From positions 283,015 to 330,880 of the forward strand of contig NW_005201259.1 of NCBI RefSeq assembly GCF_000372725.1: a DNA stretch of 47,866 nucleotides, written 5' to 3'. A program made the translations under genes and the position numbers. The notes beneath the pieces are model-generated. The model had not been told where the DNA came from. It worked only from the letters and a program-made list of their open reading frames with translations, and ran no database searches. This DNA comes from Emiliania huxleyi CCMP1516 (taxonomy: Eukaryota). Below are positions 1 to 16,502 of this stretch, in pieces. How positions within the stretch are numbered: the stretch's first letter is position 1; every line of letters begins with the position of its first letter.

Positions 1-1
1 G

Positions 2-682
2 CAGCCCGCTCAGCCCCAGGCGCCCCTCGAACCGGAGGGTGGTCTGCCGCCGCTGCGCGTTGGGCGCGCCGAGGGCGGGAGACATCAGCTTCGCGCCACA
101 GGTGACCTGGGGGAGGCCGATTCTCGGCAAGTTGGCACTGGCGCGGCTTCTTACCTTCGACGGGAGGACTGCGTGCTGGGGGTGATCGAGTCGTTCTACA
201 TTGTGCAAACGGGCGCGCGCGTGAGCGTGATTGACGAGTGCAAGCGTTCGTGCATCACCGAGACGGATGTTGCCCGCCTTTTCAACGCAGTCGGGCGGCG
301 GGTGGCTACGGGTGTTCCGGGCGAGGACACCTTCCCGATGGGCGGCTACTTCAATGAGTTCCGACGCGAGGGTGTGAGCGTGGAGCTGGTGCGTGAGCTG
401 CGGACGGTGGTCACAGGCGCAATCGCTGCGATCGGTGGCGATGTGTCAGCGATCACGGCGAGCGCAAATTCATTCCGCAAGTGGTACAGCGACGCGCAGA
501 ACGCGACGGCCGTCGCCTTGCTTGGGCGAGGCGGTGCGGTGAACATTGCGATCATGCGGGCTGCGAAGCAGGTCTTTGCCAGATGGTACTGTCCGGGAGG
601 GCGGCTGTACGTGCCGGGAGCTATGAGCGAGCTCGCGTCGCCGGCGGCCTTCGGTGATTTCGAGGTGCCGGGTGGTTGGTGA
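2..682 (+). CDS. 5'-truncated ORF of unknown function, possibly a mobile-element protein
   Basis: The frame of ORF 173..682 stays open back to base 2 and has protein-like composition. No domain is confidently recognised. Confidence 0.35.
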   Translation, partial: QPAQPQAPLEPEGGLPPLRVGRAEGGRHQLRATGDLGEADSRQVGTGAASYLRREDCVLGVIESFYIVQTGARVSVIDECKRSCITETDVARLFNAVGRRVATGVPGEDTFPMGGYFNEFRREGVSVELVRELRTVVTGAIAAIGGDVSAITASANSFRKWYSDAQNATAVALLGRGGAVNIAIMRAAKQVFARWYCPGGRLYVPGAMSELASPAAFGDFEVPGGW

Positions 683-2049
683 CTGACTGGTGTGGTGCTG
701 GGGCATACTGGAGAATACTGGAGAATACTGGCGGATACTGCACCGCTGCTTCCGAGCGAGGGCGTAGCGTAGGAGCCGGGCTGAAAAGGAGAAAAAAACA
801 AGTGGCGCCTTCCCCTTAGCGCTTACTTAGCATGTACATACTATTATACTGCTTAGGACTGGTGGATGAAGGACTGTCTATTGGGATTGACCCCATAGGG
901 AAAGTGACGCGATGGCATCGTTTGTGGCTCGGCCTGGCGACTGGCCTGCAAGGTCCACCGCGCGCTTACAGCCAACCAAGCGGGTGGGCGGCGCGATCGG
1001 CCAAGCTCCTGGCGGCGCTACTGATGAGCCAGCGGCTGATGTGCGACGTCGACATGGTCGAGGAGCAGCAGTTGAGGCCCAACAACAGTTGGCACCCGGA
1101 AAGTGCAGGCAAAAATAGTACCGGTAATAGAGCAGTTTGGTCGGAGGGCGCCCGGGTCGCCCCGGAGCGGCAAAAGTCGCGAGCGGCAGTCCAGCCAACT
1201 GCCGGCTCGCACGGCAGCCTCTTCCTCTGGACCAGCCTCAACTTCCGTACAGTCAACATTTTGTCGCTGCGTGCTCGTGGCGAGCTGTGGCGGCGGTCGA
1301 AGTTCGCCCAGATTCGGTGACGAGCGCCAGACGATAGTACCGCCTCTGTTCGCGCCCTGTGCATGTCAGGCCAGGCTGCAGCAGGGCACTACCATCGTGC
1401 TGCCCTGCTGCAGCCTGACTTTGCCCACTGTGCACAGTCGCCAGAGCACCACCACCGCCCGGAATCGTGTCACGGCGAGCTCCTTCTGCGCCCGCTCGCG
1501 AGGCTCTCGCGCTGGCACACTTTGGCCATCTGCTGCTCGCGTTCGGCGAGCTCTTCTCCGCACTCCTGCCACGGTGCCGTCACCACACACCTTCTGGCCG
1601 GCCTGAGCCGCGCAGGGTCGCCGGCGGGGGCAACGTATCGACCTCTCTCTCTGGTGCACCACGGGCCGCGACGGCTGCTGGCAGCAGGCGCGAGGAGGCA
1701 GTGTGCCGGCACAGTCGAGCCGGAGCATCGGGTTCTTGATGCTTGTGGGGTCAAGTCTGACCTTATGTGGCATAATATGCAACAATAAGGCTATGCTATC
1801 TCCCGGCTTTTTGAGATATGATCCCTCAAAGTCGAATTATGGTTTACTGGTGGGACCACATACCGTAGTGTCTGTCTTGTTTTGCGTTTCTTCAAACGAA
1901 TCCTTTAAAGTCTCGACAATCACTGAGCTGCTTATGTGGCACCGCAGAGGCTCCCTTGGGGATGCCTGAGGCCACCCCAACCACTCACCAAGCCTTACGT
2001 GGGCGTATTCAAACCTACTCTTATGGTTTACCCACATATTATGCGAGTA

Positions 2050-2293
2050 CTTACTGGGAGAAAAGGGAGAGTGGCTGAGTGGGTTGTGTTCTCTACACTC
2101 TAGGCCCTTAAGGGCCCTACGCGCGGCGTGAGAGCTCGGAAGCGAGCTTTGCACGGCGACGTAAGAGCCACATACACACACTGAGACACACAGGGGAGAG
2201 AGAGAGCTCTCACGCCGGCGCGTATTGCAATAGGGCCCTTACCTAGGGGCCTACCTAGAGAGCACACACCCCTCTCCTTTTACTCCCAGTAAG
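2050..2293. mobile_element. Fold-back / MITE-like inverted-repeat element
   Basis: CTTACTGGGAG...TAGGCCCT (2050-2108) is an imperfect inverse of 2244-2293. Inner arms TACGCGCGGCGTGAGAGCTC (~2118-2137) and GAGCTCTCACGCCGGCGCGTA (~2204-2224) also pair. A partial third arm copy lies at ~2371-2404. No clear TSD. Confidence 0.6.
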
Positions 2294-2451
2294 CGAAAAG
2301 TTCAAGAGGGAAAAAAAGTACCAATGAAAAAGAGAGAGAAAACATGTTCGTAAGAACAACACATACACTGAAAGGGAGAGGGTGTGTGTGCTATCTAGGC
2401 CCCTGTACACTGAAAACGTGAAAAGAAGAAAGAGAGCCGATTCTAAAAGGG

Positions 2452-2592
2452 TTAGTGCCAGTGCGCGCCAGTCCCGTGGCCGTGCCCAGTAGAGTTTTCT
2501 CGTAAAATTCTAAAGGGTGTACCTGTGTTAGTGCCAGTGCGCGCCAGTCCCGTGCCCAGTGTTGTGCGAGGGAGTTTTGTTATAAAATTCTT
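2452..2592 (+). promoter_or_regulatory. Recurrent gene-upstream motif, two copies (TTAGTGCCAGTGCGCGCCAGTCCCGTG ... AAAATTCT)
   Basis: Related motifs occur at ~6520, ~9005, ~25405/26788, ~29100, ~40172/40545 and ~40590, each in intergenic DNA next to a gene start. The regulatory role is inferred from position only. Confidence 0.5.
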
Positions 2593-2739
2593 CCTACCGT
2601 TGTAAAAATTCTAAAGAAAAGAAAAACACGGTCCCGGCGGCGACAGCGAGCGGCTCGCAGTGGAGCATCGGGTCGTCTCGAGACCCGCAGAGTGGAGTCT
2701 CTGGAAAGATTGTCCAGAGGATTAGGCGCCAAACGCGCC

Positions 2740-3736
2740 ATGAGCAAAAAGAAGTCGTCTCGGCACGGCGACGAGACGGGCCGGTCAGCCCGGCACCGCG
2801 TGAGCAAGCTGGCGTCTGCGATCGCAAAGCGCGAGCTGGCCAAGGCTCGCACTCTCCTAGCGAGCCTCGTCGCTGAGCCGGCGGCGGCAGAGAGCCTCCG
2901 CTCCCAGCTGCGCGCGAAGCCGCACCGAGGCATCGCCGAGGGCGACACGCTGCTCCATCTCGCCGTCAAAAGCGGCGACGCCGGCCTCGTTCGGCTGCTC
3001 ACGGAGCACGGTGCGGACGTGAATGCCGCCGATGCGCGTGGGCGGCTTCCGGGTCACGTGGCTGGACCCGCCGGCGCGCGCGCGCTCCTCGAGGCGGCGG
3101 CGGCGGCGAACGTGCTGTTGGACCGCGAGCGTTGCGACGACAGCGGCTGTTCGGCGTGTGCCGCCCGCCTGAACCGGCGCCTGCAGAGGCGGTGGGCTGC
3201 AGCCCTCACTGCCGACGCGGAGTGCCGCTCAGGTGGACGACGCGCTGTACCTGGCGCTGCGCGAGGGCGAGGGGCTCGAGGAGGACGAGGGCGAGGCGAA
3301 CTCCCGTCTCTCACGCCGCCGCTGCGTGTGATACCGGCGGAGCCACTCCTCTGCCGCATGTCTTGGCTGTAGGAGGCGGCGGCGCTCTACCGGCGCGCCT
3401 TTGGGGGCGACTACGAGGGGCTTGGCGCCGCTCCGCCGCCGCCCTCGGAGGAGTCGGCATGGCGGGAGCGGCTAGCCGAGGAGAGCGGCCGTGGCAGTGC
3501 TGAGGTGGCTGGCGGGTGAAGGGTGCTGATGTTGCTCGCGCCGGGATGACACTGTAGGAGAGCTACTTTGAGGCGGCGGAGCGGGGAGAGACGTCCGGCG
3601 GCGGCTTCGGCTGGGCGGGCGACAGCGAGGAGGGCGGGTACGCGTCGTGGTCCGACGATGGCGGCGGGGACTGGTTCTCGGAGGTTGCTGCTGCGATGGC
3701 GGCGCGGCGAGCGCAGCACGCGAGGGAGGCGCGAGA

Positions 3737-3784
<48 letters not shown>

Positions 3785-4289
3785 AGCGGCAGCGGGCGGG
3801 CACGGAGGCGGCGTCGGTGCGGGTGGCGGCGGCGCGGGTGGCGGCGGCGAGGGAGCTGCCGAGAGGCAGCAGAGGGCAGACGCCGCCTTTGCGCAGCTGC
3901 GGAGGGAGGAGGAAGCGGCAAGCCGCGCCGCCGCGCGCGCCGAGAAGCGTGCGACGTACATTGCTCGGTGGGTGGCTTTGGGCAGCGAGGCGGAGGATGC
4001 GGCCGCGGCGGCGGGCGCTCCCCCCCCGCTCCGCTCCGCAGACTTGCCGTGGCCGTGCGGCGAGATGGCGGAGCTCACGCCGGATGTGGTGGCGATGCAC
4101 GTGCTCGACGACGAGGCGGCGGAGGGGGGGCCAGGACGACGACGCGCGCTGCAGGCCGAGCTGCGGCGATGGCACCCCGACAAGTTTGTCGCGCGGTGGG
4201 GGGCGAGGCTCTGCCCCGCGGAGCGCGAGGCCATCCTCGCGAGAGTGACGGCCGTGTCGCAGTGCCTCACGCAGCTGATGGCGGGCTGA
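2740..4289 (+). CDS. Ankyrin-repeat protein resembling NF-kappa-B inhibitor-like protein 1 (IkBL family), about 3 exons
   Basis: Ankyrin repeat GDTLLHLAVKSGDAGLVRLLTEHGADVNAAD. A middle exon after the acceptor at 3372 reads ...AWRERLAEE. The last exon after the acceptor at ~3557 ends DLPWP...ELRRWHPDKF, typical of this family's C-terminus. Confidence 0.7.
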
Positions 4290-4461
4290 CAGTGACACTG
4301 TACTTTGGCGGGGCCAAATCTTTGGTCGCACAGTTCGCGTGGGCTGTGGGGGGTGGGAGTGGCCCGCCGACCACAAACCCTTCACACTGATACACTTCTT
4401 GTTCTTCAGTACACTGCTCACTGGCGCCGCGGCTCGCAACTTCCAACCCCGTGCTACTGTG

Positions 4462-6417
4462 TCACGCGCCAAAGAAGCTCGACAAGTCCGGCATGCCGCG
4501 CCCACCCCCTCGCGCCCTCCCGCCTGCCCCTCCTCCGCCACCCATCCCGCCCATCATGTTGCGCAGCATGTCTTCCATGCCGCCCCCCCCACCGCCGCCG
4601 CCGCCGCCCGGCATCCCTGCGCCAAACCCGCCAAACCCGCCCCCCATGCCTTGCCGCCCGCCGCCGCCGAAACCACCAAAACCACCCGCTGCCGACCGCC
4701 TGGCACCGCCATGCTGCTGCTGCTGCCTGCCGCCGCCGCCGCGCGGCGCAGCAAGCTCGATCCGGGCGGGCAGGACACGCAAGCGCAAGTGGCCGCCGCC
4801 GCTGCTGCCGCCGCCGCCGCCCGCCGCCGCGATCGCCTCGGAGAGCTTCCGCCCGCCTCGCAGCGACTGGCCGTCCACCGACAGCACCCTGTCTCCCACG
4901 CGCAATCGGCCGTGCCTCGCCGCCGCCCCGCCCGGAACCACCCTCGAGACGACATTCTCGCCGTCGACGCGGATGCCGAGCGACGCATCTCGCGGCACCT
5001 CCACCTAAGAGTGTGCTATAGGAAGTGTCTAGGAAGTGTCTAGGAAGTGTCTAGGAAATGTCTCGCGGCACCTCCACCTAAGAGTGCGCATACTGAGGCA
5101 GTGGGCCACAGCTGCGCACCGCCGAGATGGAAGAGGCGGGTCTGCACTCAAATCTCACTCGGCATCTAGGTGCCTCCGCCTCCACCGCCTGCCCCTCGGA
5201 GCCCTTGACGTATGCCACTTTGAGGTGGTGACCCTCCGAGCCACGAAGCCGCTCCGCCGCGCGCTCGCCTGCAGCCGAGAGGCAGCCGAGATCCAGCCGA
5301 GAGGCAGCCGAGATCCAGCCCACAGGCAGCCGAGACGCAGCCGAGAGAGACAGCCGAGAGGGAGCCCAGAGACAGCCGAGAGGGAGCCGAGAGAGAGCTT
5401 AGAGAGAGCCGAAAGAGAGCTTAGAGAGGGCCGAGAGACGGCCGCTCCGCCACACCCGCACTCAGCGGCTCGCCGTCCACCTCGTACACCACGTCCCCCA
5501 CGCGCAGTCCTGCCGCCTCGGCCGCACCGCCGCGGCTCACGGCGAGCACCTGCCGCCCACCCGCCAACCTCGCGTCACACTTCTCGGCGCATCGGCCTCA
5601 TCATCTCAGCCCATCTCAGCCCATCTCAGCCCATCTCGGCCCATCTCGGCCCATCTCGGCTGCCGGCGTGCGCGTCCGGCGCCTCGTTGGAGCGCGATAG
5701 GCGCAGCCCGAGCCCGCCACCCGCACCCGCGCGCAGCTCTACTGGGTGCAGCTGCGACGGCACCGGCACCGCGCCACCGCCGCCGCCACCGCCGCCGCCG
5801 CCGAAGGGGTGCGAGGAGCCGTCGGCGTTGGTCGCAAACTGCTGGAACGGGCCGCCGCCGCCGCCGCCAGACGAGAACGAGAAGCTGCCTCCGCCGCCGC
5901 CCATGCCTCCGCCCATGCCTCCAAAAGGGTCGGCGCCGCCAAAGAACTGCTTGAAGATCTCGCGGGGGTCAACATTCATGCCCGCGCCGCCGCCGAAGCC
6001 GGGGCCGCCGGAGCCGGCTTCGCCCTTGAGGCCGGCCTCGCCAAACTGATCGTAGACACGCCGCTTCTCGTCGTCAGTGAGGACGGTGTAGGCCTCCGTA
6101 ATCTCCCTGAATTTTGCCTCGGCCTCCTCGGTCTTGTCCGGGTTCTTGTCGGGATGCCACTCCAGCGCAAGCTTGCGGTAGGCCTGCATAGAGCGTTGAG
6201 GAGGCTGGTGGAGCGGGCAGGCAGAGAGGTGTGTGCGGCTAACCTCTAACCTCACCTTCTTGATCTTCTTCGCGTCGGCCGACCGCGGGACTCCAAGCAC
6301 CTTGTAGTAGTCTGCGCCAGCGGACCTTGCTGGGGCGCGTGTGGTGCGCTGAGCGTCAACTGGTACAACGAGGAGAGCGAGCACGATCATCCAGCGCACG
6401 AAGATGTGCATGTCCAT
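4462..6417 (-). CDS. Signal-peptide DnaJ (Hsp40) protein with a G/F-rich region and two PDZ domains, multi-exon
   Basis: Hydrophobic N-terminus [14 protein letters not shown]-domain DYYKVLGV...[14 protein letters not shown]...YDQFGE. PDZ1: GGLGLRL...[30 protein letters not shown]2: SLGIRVD...[24 protein letters not shown]. Confidence 0.85.
5272..5437. repeat. Intronic ~10-11-bp tandem repeat (CAGCCGAGA family)
   Basis: Repeated cagccgagag units. Related arrays at 5600-5660, 13463-13592 and 44781-44863. Confidence 0.85.
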
Positions 6418-6682
6418 GCTCTAGCAAAGGCGCCACCGTGAGAACGCGGCACAAAGAATTTCCCCCCAGAGAGTACAACAACGTGTGCATGAGCATGGGC
6501 ATGCAATATTCTTTCTTTCTTAGTGCCAGTGCGCGCCAGTCCCGTGCCCGCAGTGTCGCGTAAACAAATTTTGCGCCAGTTTTCGGCCATTCCGAATTTC
6601 CTTTCGTGCCATTCCGCATTCCCCATAAACTAAGAGAACTTACGGCGCGGAGCGGTCAGGCATGACACATTTTGTACCCATT

Positions 6683-7996
6683 CTAGACTGACACTGTGTC
6701 CACGTCTCCACGATAGTGCACAGATGGGCTCTGTGGGACAAGTTCTGCTCGCAACGCCCCAGGGCCCGGTCGTCTCAATGCGACTACGTAGAAGAGAGCG
6801 GAAGGAGCAGCTACGAAGATTGCAACATTTCTTAGCAGACCATAATCGCTTCCGTCGTGCGCAGCGGCGCCGGGGAAAATATCGCCATAGCCCGCGCGGA
6901 TCGCCGCCTTGCGCACCGGCTTGTAGTGCTGCGGCGCAAATGGGTTGTGCCCGCTCCAAGGCTTGTCGCCACCCGACCAATGAAGGGCGCAACCCCTTGC
7001 GACCTCCCCCGTCCACCAAGCGGCGCTGTACTTTGCCCACACCCGCAGTGGCAGCAGCTCCCCGTTCCCCCAGCTGGTGCCCAAACCGCCCACATTCCAG
7101 CAGGAATCGATCCGCTGAAAGTCGTGCCCAAAGAGCAGCTGCAGCGGCACCTGGCTGCTCGGCGCAGCTCGCATACCGCCTGGGAGCGAGATGCCAGCAT
7201 ACGAGGCGAGGCCGACCTCCTGAAGCGCAGCCACCAGCGCCTCGATCCGCTGCGTCAGGTTCTGCGCGCGCCACTGCTGGAGGTTGAAGGCGATGAGGCC
7301 GGCGTTGAAGGCGTCACCCCGCAGCACTGTGCTCACGTTGTATCCCCATGCCTTGAGAACCCCAAGCTTTGACGGGCGGTACCGCGTGATGGTGCGCAGC
7401 TCCTTCTTGCGCGCCACGGCAGCAAGCGACTTTGAATGGTTGGCGCCGACGAAGAGCTTCGAGAGGAGGTCGTGCACATCTGAGCGCACTATGATGTCCG
7501 TGTCGAGCCAGAGGACTGAGGAGGCGGCCTCCGGCAAGAGTTCGGGGAGGTAGAAGCGCACCAAGTTCATGGCGCTCGAGTTGCTCAGGTTGTGGAGCAG
7601 TGGAAACCGCTCGAGATTGACGACATGGACTGTGATCTCCATTCCGACTCTCCGGATCGCCTCTCTGCTCTGCGGGCTGGGCTCCGCCTCGACGCAGAAG
7701 GCGTGCACATGGATGCAGTGCGGGCTGCGGCTGCTGCTGAAGATCGACCAGACCAGCGGCGCCAGGCCCGGCGCCTGGTGGCTGTCTGCGCCGAATGCGA
7801 CATGCGAGATGTGCCCACACGACCGCGTTGGTCTGTGGAGACCACCTGTGGACCTGTTCGAGACATCGCTGTGCCCCCCGCGGTTCTGGAGGTGCTTGCG
7901 GGAGGCATCGGTATGATCTCCGCGCGGTTGGGAATGCTTGAAGAAGTTGACTTGGCCGGCGGCCACAACCGCCACCAGCGCAAGCCCCCACGGCAT
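6683..7996 (-). CDS. Glycosyltransferase family 8 (GATL/GLT8D-like)
   Basis: MNLVRFYLPELLP, DxD motif LWLDTDIIV, FNAGLIAFNLQQWR and LHWSGGDKPW. Likely start MPWGLALVAVVAAG (ATG at 7996, signal-like) inside ORF 6683..8695. Hydrophobic segment near the C-terminus. Confidence 0.85.
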   Translation of the reverse strand: MPWGLALVAVVAAGQVNFFKHSQPRGDHTDASRKHLQNRGGHSDVSNRSTGGLHRPTRSCGHISHVAFGADSHQAPGLAPLVWSIFSSSRSPHCIHVHAFCVEAEPSPQSREAIRRVGMEITVHVVNLERFPLLHNLSNSSAMNLVRFYLPELLPEAASSVLWLDTDIIVRSDVHDLLSKLFVGANHSKSLAAVARKKELRTITRYRPSKLGVLKAWGYNVSTVLRGDAFNAGLIAFNLQQWRAQNLTQRIEALVAALQEVGLASYAGISLPGGMRAAPSSQVPLQLLFGHDFQRIDSCWNVGGLGTSWGNGELLPLRVWAKYSAAWWTGEVARGCALHWSGGDKPWSGHNPFAPQHYKPVRKAAIRAGYGDIFPGAAAHDGSDYGLLRNVAIFVAAPSALFYVVALRRPGPGALRAELVPQSPSVHYRGDVDTVSV

Positions 7997-8548
7997 CTCA
8001 CCGGGCGCGGGGGCACGCGGACCGAAATGGCACGTCGTCTTGAGGGGGGACGCCTGCTTCGATCCTCCTTTGAGAACACATTTCGTCATTTTCTTTTTTG
8101 TGCTCTTACTTTTACTATTCTTTGGGTTCTTCTCTTGAAGCATGCCCACCACGCAATTATGACCCAAGCTTGCGCTTGCTCGCATCCGGCGGCGGACCGC
8201 CGCTGGAGCTCCCATCGTGGGCGATAAACGCTCGTTCGGCGCTGGGGGGCCGAAGCCCGTCGCTGCGTCGTAGTTCAGAGTTCGGGACGGCGTCGCCCAC
8301 GCCGTTCTCTCCAACCCTGGTTCGGTATACCCGGGCAGGGATCCTACCCACCGGGGCGGCCTCGCGCCCGTCGCCCGCCCGCAGCCTTTGTGTATACCGG
8401 CGAGCTCCCCTCGCTGTGCGACGCCGCCCGCCGTCTGCGGCACGTCCAAGACGCCTCCGCAAGGCATCGATTGATCGAGCGCAGCGCCATGGGCACTTAT
8501 ACCCTCGCCCGGGGAGCAGGAGCAGGGGTCGTGCCTGTCTGGACGGGC

Positions 8549-8989
8549 ATGCGTGAGCGAGCGGCACGTCCGGTCACACTGGCTCTCGTCGCGCTGCTGC
8601 TGGTTGGAGTTTGGGCATTGCTGCTCTTCCGTAGCAGACCGTCTCCCACGCCCGGTCTGCCTAGCACAGGCATCGCGGCTGTTGGCCCGTTGCAACTGCG
8701 GTGCTCACCGTGCGCGCCTCATAGAGATGCCTTCGCCACACTCGAGAAGCTGCGCATCACCCCGCACGTTGTTGAGGACGTGCGAAGTGGCGGCGCCCCT
8801 GGCGTCTACGCTGTGAAGCGCGTGCCAGCTGAGGACACCGATCTGAGGGACTACATCCGCAACCTAGGGAGGCGGTCCATAGAGCACCACGATCGAGTCA
8901 TGGCCTCGAACAGATCTTCCCGGTCCCTCGGCAATCCAGCGACCCTGGGCCGACGTATGATTGATTTTTTGCTAGGTGTGTGTTCGTGA
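8549..8989 (+). CDS. Small putative type II membrane protein, possibly incomplete
   Basis: MRERAARPVTLALVALLLVGVWALLLFRSRP is a signal anchor followed by a Pro-rich stem. Divergent from the GT8 gene. Confidence 0.4.
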   Translation: MRERAARPVTLALVALLLVGVWALLLFRSRPSPTPGLPSTGIAAVGPLQLRCSPCAPHRDAFATLEKLRITPHVVEDVRSGGAPGVYAVKRVPAEDTDLRDYIRNLGRRSIEHHDRVMASNRSSRSLGNPATLGRRMIDFLLGVCS

Positions 8990-9356
8990 GTGTTGTTTCC
9001 TTCCTAGCTGCCAGTGGCGCGCGAGGACAGTGTTAAGAATTCTGCGTTTCTGCGCCAAGTCGGGAGAGACGGGCACCTCTCTCTCTCGTGTGTTTGGTGA
9101 TTGATGATTGTAGATTGACTGAACTCTGAAGACTGTGTCTTCGTTTCACGTGCGTCGTGCGATAGTCTCCGAAAGATTCCCTTTACTAAAAACTTTTCCC
9201 GAACCAAACGCCGCCTCGCCTCGCTCTCTGGCAGCCGGCCTCGGGCCCGCCACATCGTGGGCGGAATAATTCTTCTCTTCGCGCCATATAGAGCTCTATC
9301 AGCGACCGCTACACTCGCGGTGCCGCCAGTCTCATCTAGCGACCGCTACACTCGCA

Positions 9357-15343
<5,987 letters not shown>

Positions 15344-16502
15344 GGTGCAATACTGTGATGATGAAGGTTCCCAGTACTCGGTGTACCGGTCCCACGGAGA
15401 CGGACGTAGAACGTGGCACGTACTATGTCGTGTGTGATGTGAGTGTGGTGAAGGACACACGAAGAACAGAGAATTTGTCAGGTGAGTAAAAAAAGTGAGA
15501 CCCAGACGGCGGGCTCGGGGGGGGGGGGTGGCATTGGCAAAACCAAAAAAGAAAAATTGGCGGTCTTGTGTGCAGTGGCCCACTAACGGCAAACCCGCAC
15601 GAGAAACTAATTTTTCATAAAAAGCTGAGTGCTTCAGGCGAGGGATTTGGTTGGTGAGGGCGCGGGTGGGGCGCGTCCGAGGGCTCGCGGGCGAGGGCGA
15701 GGGCCGAGGGCGGTTTAGCGCACCAGCCGCGTAGGACGATGGCTCCCTCGACGACATCCCTTCATCGACGGACGCCTTCACCGCCGCCGGCCCTGGGCCA
15801 TCCAGCGCAGCCTCCGACGTCCTGCACGTGATCGAGGTACAGAAACGGTGGCTGCCGCAGCTCACACCCTAATCTATCTGCCTTAGGCACGGAGCCAACG
15901 GAGCCATCGCGCATGCCCGCATCGCGAGCGGCTCCGAGGTCTCCCGCCGAGACCGGCTCGGCGCGGCGCGTGGCCGCACGCCGCCGTTGAAAAGGCGATA
16001 GGAGAGGGAGAGCGCCGGCCACATCGAGCGAGCACTGACGTGTAAGGTGTCTGCGCTGCTCCGGTGTGTGTGGGATTATGCCTCCCCCCATCTGTGCGGC
16101 GAGGTGTTTGCGGTGGGTGCGATGGCCGATCGTGCGCGATGGCCTACCATTGTGCGTGGTGTCGGTGTGTCGGTCGTCCGGAGCGTGTGGCGGCGCCGTT
16201 GCATGCAGCGACTCTGCTCACGTGCCACGACTGCTTTGACTGACTTATGAGTGCTGATGGATGATCTCCGACAACCCAAAACCAAAATGAAAATGCGGAG
16301 TGGCCCCACGATTCGGCCCCACTTTGGCGTGCAGATCCTGCGTCTCTCACTGCCCGCGAACAACAGAGGCGGGTCCGCCGCAGGTCCCCCACTAGTTGAT
16401 GAGTACAGCACCAGCGACAACAAACCGCATTCCCCCCGGCCCCCCCCCACCCTCTCCCCGATCCCGAAACGGCGCAACGCACGCTTCGCGCGTGACACAA
16501 CA

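Noticed and set aside
830..2000. Several overlapping ORFs, also at 31177-32540, 34732-36181 and 45577-46829
   Set aside because: No recognisable domains or consistent codon bias. These may be degenerate repeats but cannot be called.
7997..8695. N-terminal extension of the 670-aa GT8 ORF
   Set aside because: It crosses an AT-rich promoter-like tract and overlaps a divergent ORF. The signal-like start at 7996 is more plausible.
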